Assembly (NCBI GenBank): GCA_951406725.2
Contig: OX597822.1
Coordinates: forward strand, 8,184,001-8,248,000
Reading direction: 5' to 3'
Length of the DNA stretch: 64,000 nt
DNA from: Octopus vulgaris
Taxonomy: Eukaryota
Of the stretch, positions 13,701-26,687 are shown piece after piece. Both the position numbers and the translations under genes were made by a program. The notes under the pieces are model-generated. The model saw only the letters and a program-made list of their open reading frames with translations. It did not search any database and was not told the origin of the DNA. Within the stretch, counting starts at the first letter, position 1, and each line of letters begins with the position of its first letter.

Positions 13701-14185
13701 ATGTATATATAAATAATATTTTGTTCATACATCAGGTTGGGCTAATATCTGGCAAACGCTATTCCCAATTTTTGCGAAATCTGTATTTTCAACTATGATC
13801 TTTTCCAAGAACATGATTGCCTTCAAAAATACATTTGCATTCCATTTCATTTTAGAACCTATCAGGAAATTATGACTGAACTGCAGTTAGTTTATAACAG
13901 AAAAGATCATAGAGTGAAGATGTGAAGTGCATAATTCCTGTTCCCTTGTCATTTTATTGATTTATTGCTCTCTGCATATCTCTAAATATCTATTCTGAAG
14001 AAGCATAGTATATTAAGCTCAGTTTATTAGTATCGATATGCTTCAGCACATATATATATTTATATGTGGGTGTATGTGTGTGTGTGTGTGGATAGTCATA
14101 TATATATATATATATATATAAATACAATTTAAGGCTATAGTCATGTTTTTACATACGTTTACTTATACGCACACGTATTAATGTA

Positions 14186-14346
14186 CAATAATCCCTCACT
14201 ATATCGCGGTTCACCTATCGCGCATTTAGTACATCGCCGATTTTTCAGGAGTAATGTATGTAAATTTATATCACGGGCTCCTCAGTATATCGAGGGTTTG
14301 TGGGATGTCTTGAAACGTAAAACCCGTGATAAGCGAAGGATTACTG
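14186..14346. mobile_element. Tc1/mariner (pogo/Tigger-like) MITE
   Basis: TA|CAATAATCCCTCACT...AGCGAAGGATTACTG|TA: imperfect TIRs with TA flanks. Confidence 0.7.
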
Positions 14347-14369
14347 TATACACGCACACATACGCATAT

Positions 14370-14404
<35 letters not shown>

Positions 14405-14408
<4 letters not shown>

Positions 14409-14610
14409 AACAAAGCAATGAGAATGGATCAATATTTCGGTACAATTGTTTCGTACGAAGACAGCTTTATTAAGGCTGCAAATATTGCAGTAAATATAAT
14501 CTTATTTATAATCACCCCGCATTATCTTATGGTTAACACCATATAGATTTCTGGTGCATCTAAGTTAAGTACCGCATTAATGTGAATTCAACAGAACTCA
14601 CTTGAATCTT
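14405..14610. mobile_element. Penelope-like terminal fragment related to 23536-23690
   Basis: ATAATCACCCC...TTCTGGTGCATCTAAGTTAAGTACC is the reverse complement of 23566-23635; flanked by (TA)n. Confidence 0.65.
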
Positions 14611-15000
14611 AATTGCTTTTACTATATATATATATATATATATATAGGAATATTACATGATTTAAACACCACAGACCAACAAATACCAATGGACCATTTC
14701 CATGCAAATATTACTACCGCTTATGACGGTCGAATGGTAATAGTCTGGCTATAAAATCGAAGGACAAAATATCAAAGACTACACAATAATATATCATAAT
14801 TGTATCGGGATTTTCTTTATGAGCGAATACTAGAATATTTGTTTTGTAAACTGATATCTTGGAACACAATTTAATTAATTATGAATCTAATGTGTATTTA
14901 TTACGAAATGTAACCTTTCCAAATATAACTTTTTATATTTCGGAAGATAGAATTTCACTGCAATATTTGCAGGGATACTGTTTGCTATGTATAATATATA

Positions 15001-15004
<4 letters not shown>

Positions 15005-15033
<29 letters not shown>

Positions 15034-15326
15034 TGTATGTATGTATGTATGTATGTATGTATGTATGTATGTATGTATGTATGCATGCATGTGTGTATGT
15101 ATGTATGTATGCATGTATGTATGTATGTGTGTATGTATGCATGTATGTATGTATGTATGTATGTATGTATGTATGTATGTATGCATGTATGTATGTATGT
15201 ATGTATGTATGTATGTGTGTATGTATGCATGCATGTATGTATGTATGTATGCATGTATGCATGTATGTATGTATGTATGTATGCATGTATGTATGTATGT
15301 ATGCATGAATGTATGTATGTATGTAT
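15005..15326. repeat. (GTAT)n tetranucleotide array with GCAT/GTGT variants
   Basis: Visible tandem repeat; explains the MYVC and HTYI ORFs. Confidence 0.97.
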
Positions 15327-15343
15327 GCGTCTATGCAGATGCG

Positions 15344-15395
<52 letters not shown>

Positions 15396-16499
15396 AATTA
15401 TATATCTTTAATAATTTGAATTTTCTGCGAAGCTGAGCACGAACATTGTAGATGCGTTAATATATGCCTTTAGCATCACGATGTCTATTATTTATCATGG
15501 AAAATCGGTAATATTACTTATATCATATAAATTATAAATATATATCCTGTCCTGTTCTGCACAGAGAAATACAAAGTTTATTCTGAAAATGATTCCTATT
15601 TATAATTATGTTGTAAATATGGTGAGCAGGATGAGTCGAGTATTTTGATGCCAGCGTTTCATCTGTTCTATTTTGTATTGATCAGCATAATATAATATTA
15701 TATTTACGTCAACGCTTATGACTACACATAATGTAAGAAGACATAAATGCAGTCTGTCTTTGTGCAGCTTTAGCTACACAAAATAATAATATCAATTGTT
15801 GTTAGTGATTAGTCCAACGAGACCTTAAAACGTTACATAGAATGTCAAGCGGTATTTGTGCCAACTTTGAGCGCTCTACGTTACCGCTGAAGTCAGAGAT
15901 TCTGTCGTGATTGAGTTTCATTGTCGATATAAGAGTACAAATCTGTGGCTTAGATTAGTGGAAAGTGAGTTTTGTAACTGTCTGTCTTGTGATATTGGTA
16001 GCGTGGGTTACTGCATGGTAAACTTAATTCGTCACCGCTTTAACTGCATGAGCTGCTACACTACATTGGTTAACTTTGTAGAACCTTTTGTTTTGAAAAC
16101 ATTCACGCCACCACATTTAGCGATAAATGCCCCACTCCTCCTACCATATTTAGATCTGTAAATGGTTATGTGGGAATTACACAGTTCGTCAAAATATAAA
16201 ATATATATAATGTTGGAACTGAGATATTGGGAAAATCGTTTCACATCTCTATCGGCTGCAAGTTATTATACTTATGAAACTTGGGCGACAAACTTGGCTT
16301 TCTGAGAAACGATTTCTGCGATCATTTGCTGGAGGAATGTAACAAAGCCTGTGGCGATCAGGAACTTAACATGCGTTTTCCACATCTTGCTCTGGAGTAT
16401 TCTCCAATGGATTCGCTCTAACGAGACACGTAAATACAAAAATTTATGCTGTCGGAATCAAACTGTGCACAGTGTGCTGCCTTCTCCCATTTGCTAGCT

Positions 16500-17985
16500 T
16501 CAGTTCAATTTCCAACATTCTGTTCTGAAAATGTATATTCATACCTGATGTTCACCATGGCTAGTTACTTGTTTCGCAAAGACGACATTAATTGTCGTGA
16601 GGGTGGTGTGATGGTGTATGTTCGCTCAAACACTTCAGGAATTCCTTTCGATGGTTTGAACCATCAGCAAGTGGTATAACACTTTTAGAGATGCGATTTG
16701 TCAAACGTAAACCACTGTTGAAAGTAATGTCCAGGTCACGTTGACGAGGAAATGTCGCAAGTTTGGTGTTGTTGCGGAATATGTAAAACTTGGATATTCC
16801 TCCGAAAATGTAGTTGTTTTCACCGCAACACTATCAAGACACAAAGCCGTTTGACATCCTTAGAGTTGCATCCAGGTAAACAGCTTCTTGAAGATATCAC
16901 TCAGATTACTGATGGCGGCTCTTGGGTGTATGTTATCTATTTTGACTTTGCGAAGGCCTTCAATTTATGGGGAAACTCTCTGCAACGGGTGTGAAAGACG
17001 ATCTTTATAACTGATTGAAGACCTCCATTTACAATAGAAATTGGGAAGTTACAGTTGTAGAACAGCAATTGTCATCCTATGAGATGTTATCTGGTGTACC
17101 ACAGGTGTCCGTTCTCGGACACCTGTCATTTGTTGCAGATACGGACAGAGATGCCAACTTCAAGACTGTCACTATGTTGAAATGCGCGGATGACATCAAG
17201 CCGTACCTTGAGATAAAAAGAGCAGATCATGTACGCTATATATCTTTCATGCAATCTCACCTGAACACGACGTAGCAATTTATTACTGGTTGGTAACTTA
17301 AACTGACTGTAGACAAGTGTGTCTCCATGCATTTTCGGAGGAATATCCAAGTTTTATATATTCCGCAACAACACCAAACTTGTGACATTTCCTCGTCAAC
17401 GTGACCTGGACATTACTTTCAACAGTGATTTACGTTTGACAAATCGCATCTCTAAAAGTGTCAAGAAGCCACAAGGTAACTTAACATCACTCAATAAGAC
17501 CTTTATCAGCCGCTTTCCACTAATGTATTTCAAGCTGTATATGGCTATGGTATGACCACACTTGAGTTTGTATCACCAGTCTGGGACACTTACCTTGCTC
17601 TGCACATCTGTCCCCTGAAAACTGTTGAGAAGGGTACAAACAGACGTATACCCGCTGTCAGGCATCTACCATACTCTGAAAAACTTACTTCACTGGGCAT
17701 AACACAATAAAGTTCCAACTCCTGGTAAATGATTTAGTAGACACACACAGGGTTATCAACCATCTCTCTAACACCAGTCTTGGGCACCGTTTTGAATTCC
17801 ATATGTCTAACACTTGAGGACAGTCTTAGTAAATAAGAAAAGCACAGCTCCTATGAATTTAACAAACACTTTTCCATGCGGAAGCATGGAATAAACTACT
17901 CGCATTAGTTGTTGATTGTCAGGATACTCCATACTTTAAACCTTGCGTGTTTGCTGAAATTCATAAAAATTCACCTGATGGCCTT
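16500..17985 (+). mobile_element. degenerate CR1/L2-group LINE (APE endonuclease and RT remnants)
   Basis: Ordered motifs across broken frames: YLFRKDD..REGGVMVYVRS, VYVIYFDFAKAF, SGVPQVSVLG, KCADDIK, QRDLDITFNSDL. Confidence 0.88.
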
Positions 17986-18912
17986 CACCTTTTTAGCAAC
18001 TCATTCTATTCTGTTGTATGTATTCTTCATGAAGCTTTGAGTACTTTCTGTACTACTTGTAGGCACCTAAACACAGAATACAATAATTTCCATTATTATA
18101 TGTAATAAGGAATTATTCTAAATTGCCCACTTATAAGTTGAAATTATAAGCAATTCCAATATATAGATGATTTTTTGAAACACATGACAAAAGTTAGAAA
18201 ATATCCAATATCAAATATCGCACTAAGCCATGTTGACAGTTATAGGCCATTCATATAATTTGACAGTCTTAACTATTTTCATGCATATTAACCAAGAATT
18301 ACCCAACTCCTGTTGCTACAAGTAAAGTGAATCCTTTTGAAAATGTATAAAATGATAAATTAAAACAAAAGAAACGAAATTTCTGAAATGACAGCGTAAT
18401 CAGATTTGCAATCGTCAGCTGTGCAGTAATATTATATGAAGAGGTTTTTGCAACTAATACATCTTTTCATAGATAACTCCTTATCCACTCGGAAATCTAG
18501 ACAGGACCATTACGCAAATGTTCAGTGTTGTGACAGATGTCGGCATACTGAGTTTTAATTGAAAAACTAATATCAATATAATCTTAAATATAGAACTGTA
18601 ATATCATTCTCTTTAATATGACTGAAACCTTTTGAATATGACCATTGACAACAATATCTGGGTGTGTGTATACATATATACTTACATACGTGTGTGTATG
18701 TGCACGTGTTTGTGTGTGTTTGTGTGCGATTTTGTGTGCACTGTGTATTCTGTAGATTCTAATTTCGAACATTTCTTTTACGTCTTGTGTATCATGTTTT
18801 CAGTTTCTATTTCTTCCACCAAAGCCTCCCTACTTCTTCATAAAATACGAAGGTCAGGTAAAAGTTCATCGGCTGATCAAGATGCGTCCATGGAATGTGA
18901 CCGAATGGGCTT

Positions 18913-19440
18913 TACTTAACATAATCCTCGTTGCAGTCCACACGCTTCTTCCGTCGTTGTTGCAGTGCTTGGATCAATTGCTGAAGACGCTTTCATTCTA
19001 CTGGCCAAAAAGTCGTCAACAGTAGTTATAAGAACATCATCACTGCGATTCTTCTCCCCAGTGAAGTTATTTTTTATATGTTCGGGAACAGTGATAATCA
19101 GATGGGGCCAAATCAAGAGAATAGAGAGACTGATCATCCGGTGCAAAGCAACAGTCATGCACAGCATTTTTTGAAAGCAAGGTCTTATGTATTGAATCAT
19201 TGTCCTGTGATAGCCTTTCTTAAGTGCCTCATCAAGTTGACATTGCACTTTCCATTGATGGTTTGGTCCTATAAACGCAATGCTTTGTGCAACCCCCAGA
19301 ACTAAGGGTCTCACTTACCCTACAAATGAAACGACAATAACAGTCTTTGGAACAGATGAAGGTATTTGCACTGCATGGAGTGTCTCTTTTATTCAGAATT
19401 CTGACCTTGGGTCATGAAGACTCACCGTTACTCTCTTAAA
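18913..19440 (-). mobile_element. mariner transposase C-terminal remnant
   Basis: Frameshifted LAPSDYH (TTGGCCCCATCTGATTATCAC), SDDVLITTVDDFL and a terminal RRKKRVDCNEDYVK* (cf. RWxKCVxxxGDYVEK). Confidence 0.8.
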
Positions 19441-19849
19441 TTCACCTGACTGTTAAACGGAAAGTTTTGTTTTTTTATTTGTTATTTCATTCCTCTCAGA
19501 CCTGGTCCCCTAAGCCTAACTTTATCTTCCAACTGGGCTTCCTAGCAATGAAATAAATAACTTCATATATAGCTCAAGTGCAACGATTTCAGGCGAATAA
19601 ATGGATAGAATTGGCAGCATCTTTTCCTACGTTTGTTGTTCATAACTGCAGAGATAACGTTTAACGAATGCATGCTATAACAGGAATACGTGATCGGTAC
19701 AAAACACACCCAGGAAAAAATACCCCTCGGGCAAAACCACCTCGAACAACCACCCTCGGAAAAATCCCTAATGTAAAATGCGAACGAGGACAAAGCCCCC
19801 TCAGTTATATTATTGGTGGAGCTGTACAATAAACATGCCACCTCTTTTC

Positions 19850-19970
19850 GTTTACTATACCTTTTACTTATTTCAGTCAATAGACTGCAGCCATGCTGGG
19901 GCACCGCCTGAAGAATTTTAGTCGAACGTATTTTTTAAGTATTTTTTAAGCCCGGTACTTATTTTATCGA
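19850..19970 (-). mobile_element. SINE family C 3' fragment
   Basis: CTTTTACTTATTTCAGTCAATAGACTGCAGCCATGCTGGGGCACCGCC is the reverse complement of the family C tail. Confidence 0.75.
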
Positions 19971-20454
19971 CCTGGCTATTATTCTGGTTTTTTGGTGCTT
20001 TTTTTTACTGATTCCTACCTTCTCGGCAACACGGAGATCTCGATTCTGAGGAAAAGTTAACATTTCAAAATTCTAACGATCAATCTTTTCGTTTCTCATA
20101 TTTCTGCGAAACATTTTTGGCGATTCTGCATAAATATACAGATTTCGATTGTGAAAAAGACTTTCTTCTAAAGATTCAAACGAATCCTCCCACACTGCAC
20201 ACATCCACACCAATATTTCTGATGAATTTAAACTCCTTTATTTAACTCTCGGTTATATTAATTCTGTTTGAACTTCGCGTGTTTATTTGGTGCAAGAGAT
20301 ATGAAAATTGTAATATATTTCATAAACTTCAAGAGTGTATCGCAAACATTCATTTTTAAATATTCGCTACAAAATATGTACTGAATTTTTCACAAAATTC
20401 AACAGCAAAAACGTTCATTGAGGATTTTCCTCGCTAGGGAATAGCTAAATCACG

Positions 20455-20840
20455 AAGGCGGCGAGCTGGTAGAAACGTTAGCACGCCGGGCGAAATGCTT
20501 AGCATTATTTCGTCTGCCGCTATGTTCTGAGTTCAAATTCCTCCGAGTTCGACTTTGCCTTTCAAACTTTCGGGGTCGATTACATAAGTACCAATTACGC
20601 ACTGGGGTTGATATAATCGACTTAATCTGTTTGTCTTTGTTTGTCCTCTCTGTTGGTTAGTAAAGAAATAGGTATTTCATCTGTCTTTACGTTCTGAGTT
20701 CAATAGGTATTTCATCTGTCTTTACGTTCTGAGTTCAAATTCCACCAAGGTCGATTTTTGTCTTTCGGGGTCGATAAATTAAATAACAATTGCGTACTGA
20801 GTCGATCTAATCGACTAGCTCCCTCCCCCAAAATTTAGAA
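20455..20840 (+). mobile_element. SINE family A with tandemly reiterated body
   Basis: AAGGCGGCGAGCTGGTAGAAACGTTAG head. The segment ATAGGTATTTCATCTGTCTTTACGTTCTGAGTTCAA is duplicated and followed by a second body. Confidence 0.9.
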
Positions 20841-21025
20841 AATAATAGCTAAAGCTGGGATTCGAAGCCAAATTTATTAATTGTCAAACAAATTTCAGAT
20901 CTTTTGTATTATCTCTGTGCTCTTAGAAATTAATGACGATATGTTGACCTCTTGATCTTTCTCTGGTCATGTAAGAGTTAAGAGCATAGCCTGTTAAGCG
21001 CGAGAATATAATCATGTTCCGGCTA

Positions 21026-21108
21026 GGCGGCGGCATGGCCTAAGAGCAGGCGGTAGCGGCGGCAGCGGCGGCGGCGGCGGCGGTGGCGACGACGACGACG
21101 ATGACGAC
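21026..21108. repeat. (GGC)n-(GAC)n GC-rich trinucleotide repeat
   Basis: GGCGGC...GACGACGACGATGACGAC. Confidence 0.9.
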
Positions 21109-23196
21109 TGTATGTTTTTGACTGTTAAAACTCATTCCTTCAAGTAAATGCCTCCCGTTTTATGTTAGAATTCAGAAAATATGTATGTTCTTTTATTTTA
21201 TTCTACTTATTCATTTTCGATTGAATATGATTTTGTATATTGGAATTTTGTAATTGGAATTTTGGAAAATAAAATTCTTTTCACAACCGCAATTTCCGTT
21301 TTAGTTTACGTGTAATAAAAAAAAAAAATCAAGAGATTTAACTGTTATTTCTAGCATGTGGAGATACCTTCTAGGCTTAACTAGAATTTTGGAAATCACC
21401 CTCGCATGCGCAAATGTGCGAACGTGTTTCAAAAACACCTACAGTATTGGTGTGGATATTTTTCAGAATATTATAATTTACATGGAATCCTGAAAAAGTT
21501 TTCGCAAAAATGTGAAAAGTGGAAACATGGGTGGGGGAAGCTTTAAATTTTGAAACGCCTATTTTTTCTACCGGAAACGTGCAGAATCTGTAAAATAAAA
21601 ACTAAATAAACCGAAAAGAGTTTGGGATGTTTATGGCCCACCTCCGCCAAAAATATAACTGAGGGTGTTTTGTTCTCTTTCGCTCTAAAGGGTTTCGGCC
21701 GTCGGAGTTTTGCCTGAGGGGCTTTTGTCCTACACACCAGATACACACTACATACGGTAAAACATGCTTAAATGAAAATGTTTTATTTATAAAGCCATGA
21801 AGAATGTTATTCAGCACCAAGATGTTGAATAGATTAATAGGGGGGTGTATGGGCAACATGTTTCATACCAGTATAGCAGGCCACCCGCAGCAATTAGTAA
21901 GCACGTGGTTATTTGAGATAATTTACACTGAACCACTGGCTCTCAAATCTATCACTCTAAAGTTTTAAAATCGAAACACTATACACAGTATGCGTGATAA
22001 AGAAGAGGTTTGGGGAATTGCTGGAAGATCGAAGGTGAAATGTCAGTTTGGTGTTGACTCTCAGGAATATAAAAATCACAACCCAATAGTCATATCTTGG
22101 TCAAATTATTTGACCAATAACAAATTATTTGAATCTTAGCCAATGCTGTAATTACATTATGAAGGTTATGACTCACAAAATGTTACAGCCACATGCATGT
22201 GTGTGTATGAGTCTACGTGTGCGTCTATGTGGTTACGTGTGTGTATGTGTTTACGCGTGTATGTGTGTGTGTGTGTGTATGTGTTTACGTGTGTGTGTGT
22301 GTGCGTACCTGTTGTATATGCATCATTTTAATAGATAGATGGGCGATACGCATACTGAACGACTAGATATGCAAGACACATTCCAATAACAAAGCGTATG
22401 TTAGCACCTAGACTTTCGGGCAACTACAAGCTTGCATTCCGTAATCCTGTTCGATTAGAGGCATGATGTTCTCGAGATTATATGTATATATTTAACAACA
22501 TAATTGTAAATGAAGGAGGGTGACTCAATATTGTTAACTAATTAAAAATACTAACGTGCATTAGTTTGCTGTGATACATCATAGTTTCGTGAAATTTGTC
22601 ATAAGTTTTCACTCATTTGATTTCGAAATTATCATAGAGAAGAAACAAGAAAATATAGCGAATTTAATGATAAACACCGAAAAACTTTGTTGCCTTCGCA
22701 GTGGAAGACTATTATATATTAGTTTTGAATAAACCATAAAATACAAGCAGACTCATCCATCATTACTTAAACAGTTAAAAATTATCACACACTCACATAT
22801 TTCAACAGTGGTTGGTAGTAACGATTATGTTATAAGAATCGAACATACGTGTAAGATCAAAAAAAGAAATATGACGTCCGGGAGCGTACATTGATTGATC
22901 GATTGCGTTGACGTGATGCGAACAATTTCAAGAAGTTAAATATATATACTCACCCCTTGAATACAAGCAAGACAATACAAAATACAGTAAAGTTACAAAT
23001 GTTATGTCAAAGATTGATATGTCAATTTACTTCTGATGTATGGACAGCCGAGAATGAAATGAAATGCGTAAACTGAAGTTTAGCAACTTTTCATCTCTCT
23101 CTATTTCTCTTCCTCCCTCTCTCTCTCTTTCTCAATCACACACATACAAACACTCTCATATATATATGTGTGTGTTCTTTTGTCTGTATCTATCTA

Positions 23197-23280
<84 letters not shown>

Positions 23281-23468
23281 ATGTATATAAAATAGTGTAT
23301 GTTTAAACACAAGAGAAAACTACTTTTAATAGGTAATTTTTACACGCTAGAAGAAGCAGTCAAAACGACCAAAATCACAATTTCGAAGGGAATGAAAAAT
23401 AAAAACTTTTTACATTGTTATTATTTACGGTCATACCTAGGTTTCGGAATATTTTAGCAAATAAAATA

Positions 23469-23537
<69 letters not shown>

Positions 23538-23669
23538 TTCAGCAAAATTTAGATTTAAATGAATATGGTACTTAAGTTAGATGCACCAGAATTTTGTACG
23601 GTGTTATTATCCATATAAATCCATGGGGTGATTATATTCAAAATAAGCAACAAGAATAACTTCGGTAAT

Positions 23670-23756
23670 TTGGTACGGTCGTTTCCAACTACATCATTTT
23701 ATTAAATGTTGTATGTATTACAACAGTTTTAAAATGCTGAGCACTCATCAGCCACT
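23670..23756 (-). ncRNA. degenerate hammerhead motif with long stem II
   Basis: UGG-CUGAUGA-[CAGCAUUUU..UGUUGUA/UACAACA..AAAAUGAUG]-GAAACGACCGUA-CCA; the first stem II pair is broken. Confidence 0.45.
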
Positions 23757-24834
23757 AATAGAGGTTTTCCATTAATACATAATTTTCATATCAAGTGATA
23801 ACATTATAGAGAAGGTAGATATATAGACAAAGATGTGGGTTTAAATTTTTAAAACATTTAAGGTAGTGGAGTTTATGAACTGACTGAATAATATTCAGTT
23901 GCTATGAACTGCTAGAAAGTTCTGAGAACAATGGACCATTGAAAGGAGACAAAAAAGATTTTCTATTTATAGAAATAGGGGTAAAGTAGATGTCAAAGTT
24001 CCATATAAAGAAATTTCAGTAGAGAGAGAAGGGTTGTCACACTACAATGCCAATTACTACTATTTGGTAAACAGATTTGGCATTAGGAGAACTAGGTCAA
24101 TATCAAATGGTTATAATGGCACTCATAGAGAATGCATAGATTTTATAAAACTAATATACATCAACATTATAATCAGCTTATAGGTTCTGAGTACTTTGAT
24201 ACGTTGGATTAAAGGAAAAAATATAGATCTAAAATTTATTCAATTTAGAGAAAAATCTATCACTTATAATGAGTAGGCATAATACTTATTAATTGGGGAC
24301 AAAAGTCTTATTAATCAAGTGAATATATTAGGGGTCAAAAATATATAATAGGAAAAATGGAAGAGGAGAAATCAAAGAAGAAATGTATTCGTAGGTTTAG
24401 TAGAAGGTGATTTCATAATATGAAGAGAGGTAATTTAGAAGAGTAAATTTCTCAGATTTCATAGATAGTGAGTTGTTATTAATGAATTAAAATATAGAAT
24501 CTGTTGGAAATAATATTTACTACCCGCGGAGAAAGTTTGATTAGTTAGGTGAAAAGATCCTAGGTTAATTATATATTAAGAAATGGAAGTGAGATAATCA
24601 ACGTGAACCGAATAGTTTCCTTAGGGACATAGAATTTATACTATTTAGTATAGGAGAATATCAAAAAAGGAGAATTTAATTCTAAGTTTGCAATGAAGTT
24701 TTTTAGTAATCTATGTATATTGAATTAAAAACCGGCTTGGTATATTCCTTCTTAATTGGTTATAAAGAATTAAAAATTGAAAAATCTAGGAATATTCAAA
24801 ATATCATTATTTAAAATATTTAAACGTACGGGCT

Positions 24835-25165
24835 GTGCGATCTATGCAAGATACTCCTAGCTCAGAATGGTAATTTAACAGATTTATATTACTCCAATGT
24901 TTTCAAATTTCATATGTTTACATAGAAAAAATTTCACAACCATTCCTACTATTTTTATAAGGCCGTACTTTTCTTACTATATCCCATTTCAGGTTGAATT
25001 CTATATTATTTGTTTTTAGTTCCCAAATTTTACTAGACAATGCTGTGCAACCTGCCTTGTGTTTGTGCCTAAAGGAGGAAAAATGATTGTTTAAACGCTT
25101 TTTTAAATCTACCGAATAATCGAAATAAAGATAGTTGTTATTTGAAGTTATTATATATATATAGC
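24835..25165 (-). pseudogene. Penelope-type GIY-YIG endonuclease remnant
   Basis: IYII...LKKRLNNHFSSFRHKHKAGCTALSSKIWELKTNNIEFNLKWDIV...CEIF, then LLNYHSELGVSC. Matches the PLE pattern RxxNHxxSF...TxLSxxIWxLK...KWxI...LNxRSELxxxC. Confidence 0.85.
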
Positions 25166-25171
25166 ATTTAA

Positions 25172-25432
25172 CCCCAGGCGGAATCTCCACTAGCTGGTTT
25201 TCAGTGAAAACTGTACATCCTTTATATACAATATATCGGTAGCAGGGGGAGCGAACCCCACTGCGCAGGTGTGCGCGGCTTATGTGAGCCAAATAGCTCG
25301 AAACTGACCGGTCGCGCAATCCTGTTAGCTGCTGGAAGATAGTAGAGTTTTGCTCTATCTGCTAGCGATATATTGTATATAAAAGGTGCAGAGCTTGCAC
25401 TGAAAACCAGCTGGCAGATAAGCCGCCTTGGG
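25172..25432. mobile_element. piggyBac-like MITE
   Basis: TTAA|CCCCAGGCGG...CCGCCTTGGG|TTAA; ~80-bp imperfect TIRs and a TTAA duplication. Confidence 0.8.
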
Positions 25433-25539
25433 TTAAACTAGTAGTAACATTCACCTGCAACGTTGATGTGGCTATTTGCTATACTGTTTAGTATATGTTA
25501 CTACTCAATCTCTTATTGAGATTATATATATATATATAT

Positions 25540-25728
25540 ATAATCTGCACGCATTTTTTTCTCTCCTTGTTTCTCTCCGTGTTTCTTTTCTGTGTATCTT
25601 TCTGTTGAAGAGCGTAGGCTCGAAACGTAAAAGACTTGTTTTATTTATATTCCTGAGCGCCATACTAATACAATTGTTTGTTTGTATTCCACCTGCCTTC
25701 GTCTTTTGTTTATTTCCATAAAGCTTCC

Positions 25729-25732
<4 letters not shown>
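25540..25732 (+). mobile_element. short Penelope-derived terminal repeat between (TA)n tracts, with an HHR-like motif
   Basis: 25597-25634 reads UCUUU-CUGUUGA-A-GAGC(GUAG)GCUC-GAAA-CG-UA-AAAGA. Downstream TTCCTGAGCG resembles the 12530/30035 family in reverse. Confidence 0.6.
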
Positions 25733-25806
<74 letters not shown>

Positions 25807-26183
25807 TTATATTTATATTTACAGAGAGGCAGAGAGAGAGAGGGAGGACGAAATAGATAGATAGATTCTGGTGATATTTAAACGCTCTCTTGAATAACAT
25901 GTTTCCCTCTGTGCATAATCTCGTGTTTTATTAAGTGTATATTTTATGTTACGTAATTTCAACTCTAAGCAAGAAACTGACTAAAGATAGGCGCATATTA
26001 TATACATTTACCTGTCGTTATTTCAAGTACTTTGTGATGTATTGTAACAAGATAATTTGCAAAAACAATTAGACACCAGTATATATCTATATTTAATACA
26101 TAGCATGTGGGTAAGCATTCCTACTCATCCAACATATATTAAAAAAGACAAAGACCTACATAGAAAGCAGCCTTAACATAATG

Positions 26184-26374
26184 GTTTGAAATGTTGTCAC
26201 AAGGATAGCCATTCTGGGAGAGGAGATGGGCTGATTATATCGTTCCAAGTGTTCAACTGTTAATTATTTTATCGAGCCCGATAGGATGAAAGGTAAAGTC
26301 GACCTCGTCGGAATTTGAACAAAGAACGTAGCGACAGACAAAATACTGCTAATGATTCTGCCAGCTCACCGCCT
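26184..26374 (-). mobile_element. SINE family A with target-site duplication
   Basis: Family A homology; flanks TAGAAAG(CAG)CCTTAACATAATG at 26161-26183 and 26375-26394. Confidence 0.88.
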
Positions 26375-26687
26375 TAGAAAGCCTTAACATAATGAGAAAT
26401 TCGGCTGTGGAACGACATATTTTGGATCCAAGAATTTACATGTAAGCCACTCAGTATTATATGGATATGTTTGAGATGAACAATTTCCATTAGAAATCAG
26501 CTTGAGATGAAGTACCAAAGTTGTGCCATTCATTTCAGTCAGAACCGTGAGAAGCATGATTGATTTCAGAATTAAACGTGTACCTTATTTAGTTAACACT
26601 ACAGGAAATGAAGCAGAAATCCATCTCAAAGATAGTTGATCTCAGACCGCAGAGAAATAAATAGATACACATCTATATATCTATATA

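Larger units (their letters stand above)
19690..21740. mobile_element. possible old DNA transposon defined by ~100-bp diverged inverted ends
   Basis: 19715-19825 (CCCCTCGGGCAAAAC...CCCTCAGTTATATT.TTGGTGGAG) matches the reverse complement of 21640-21737. Confidence 0.45.
23536..25500 (-). mobile_element. 5'-truncated Penelope-like element (GIY-YIG remnant, long AT-rich 3' region, degenerate HHR), ending in (TA)n
   Basis: Endonuclease remnant at 24835-25165, HHR-like motif at 23670-23756, and a terminus homologous to 14510-14600. Confidence 0.7.
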
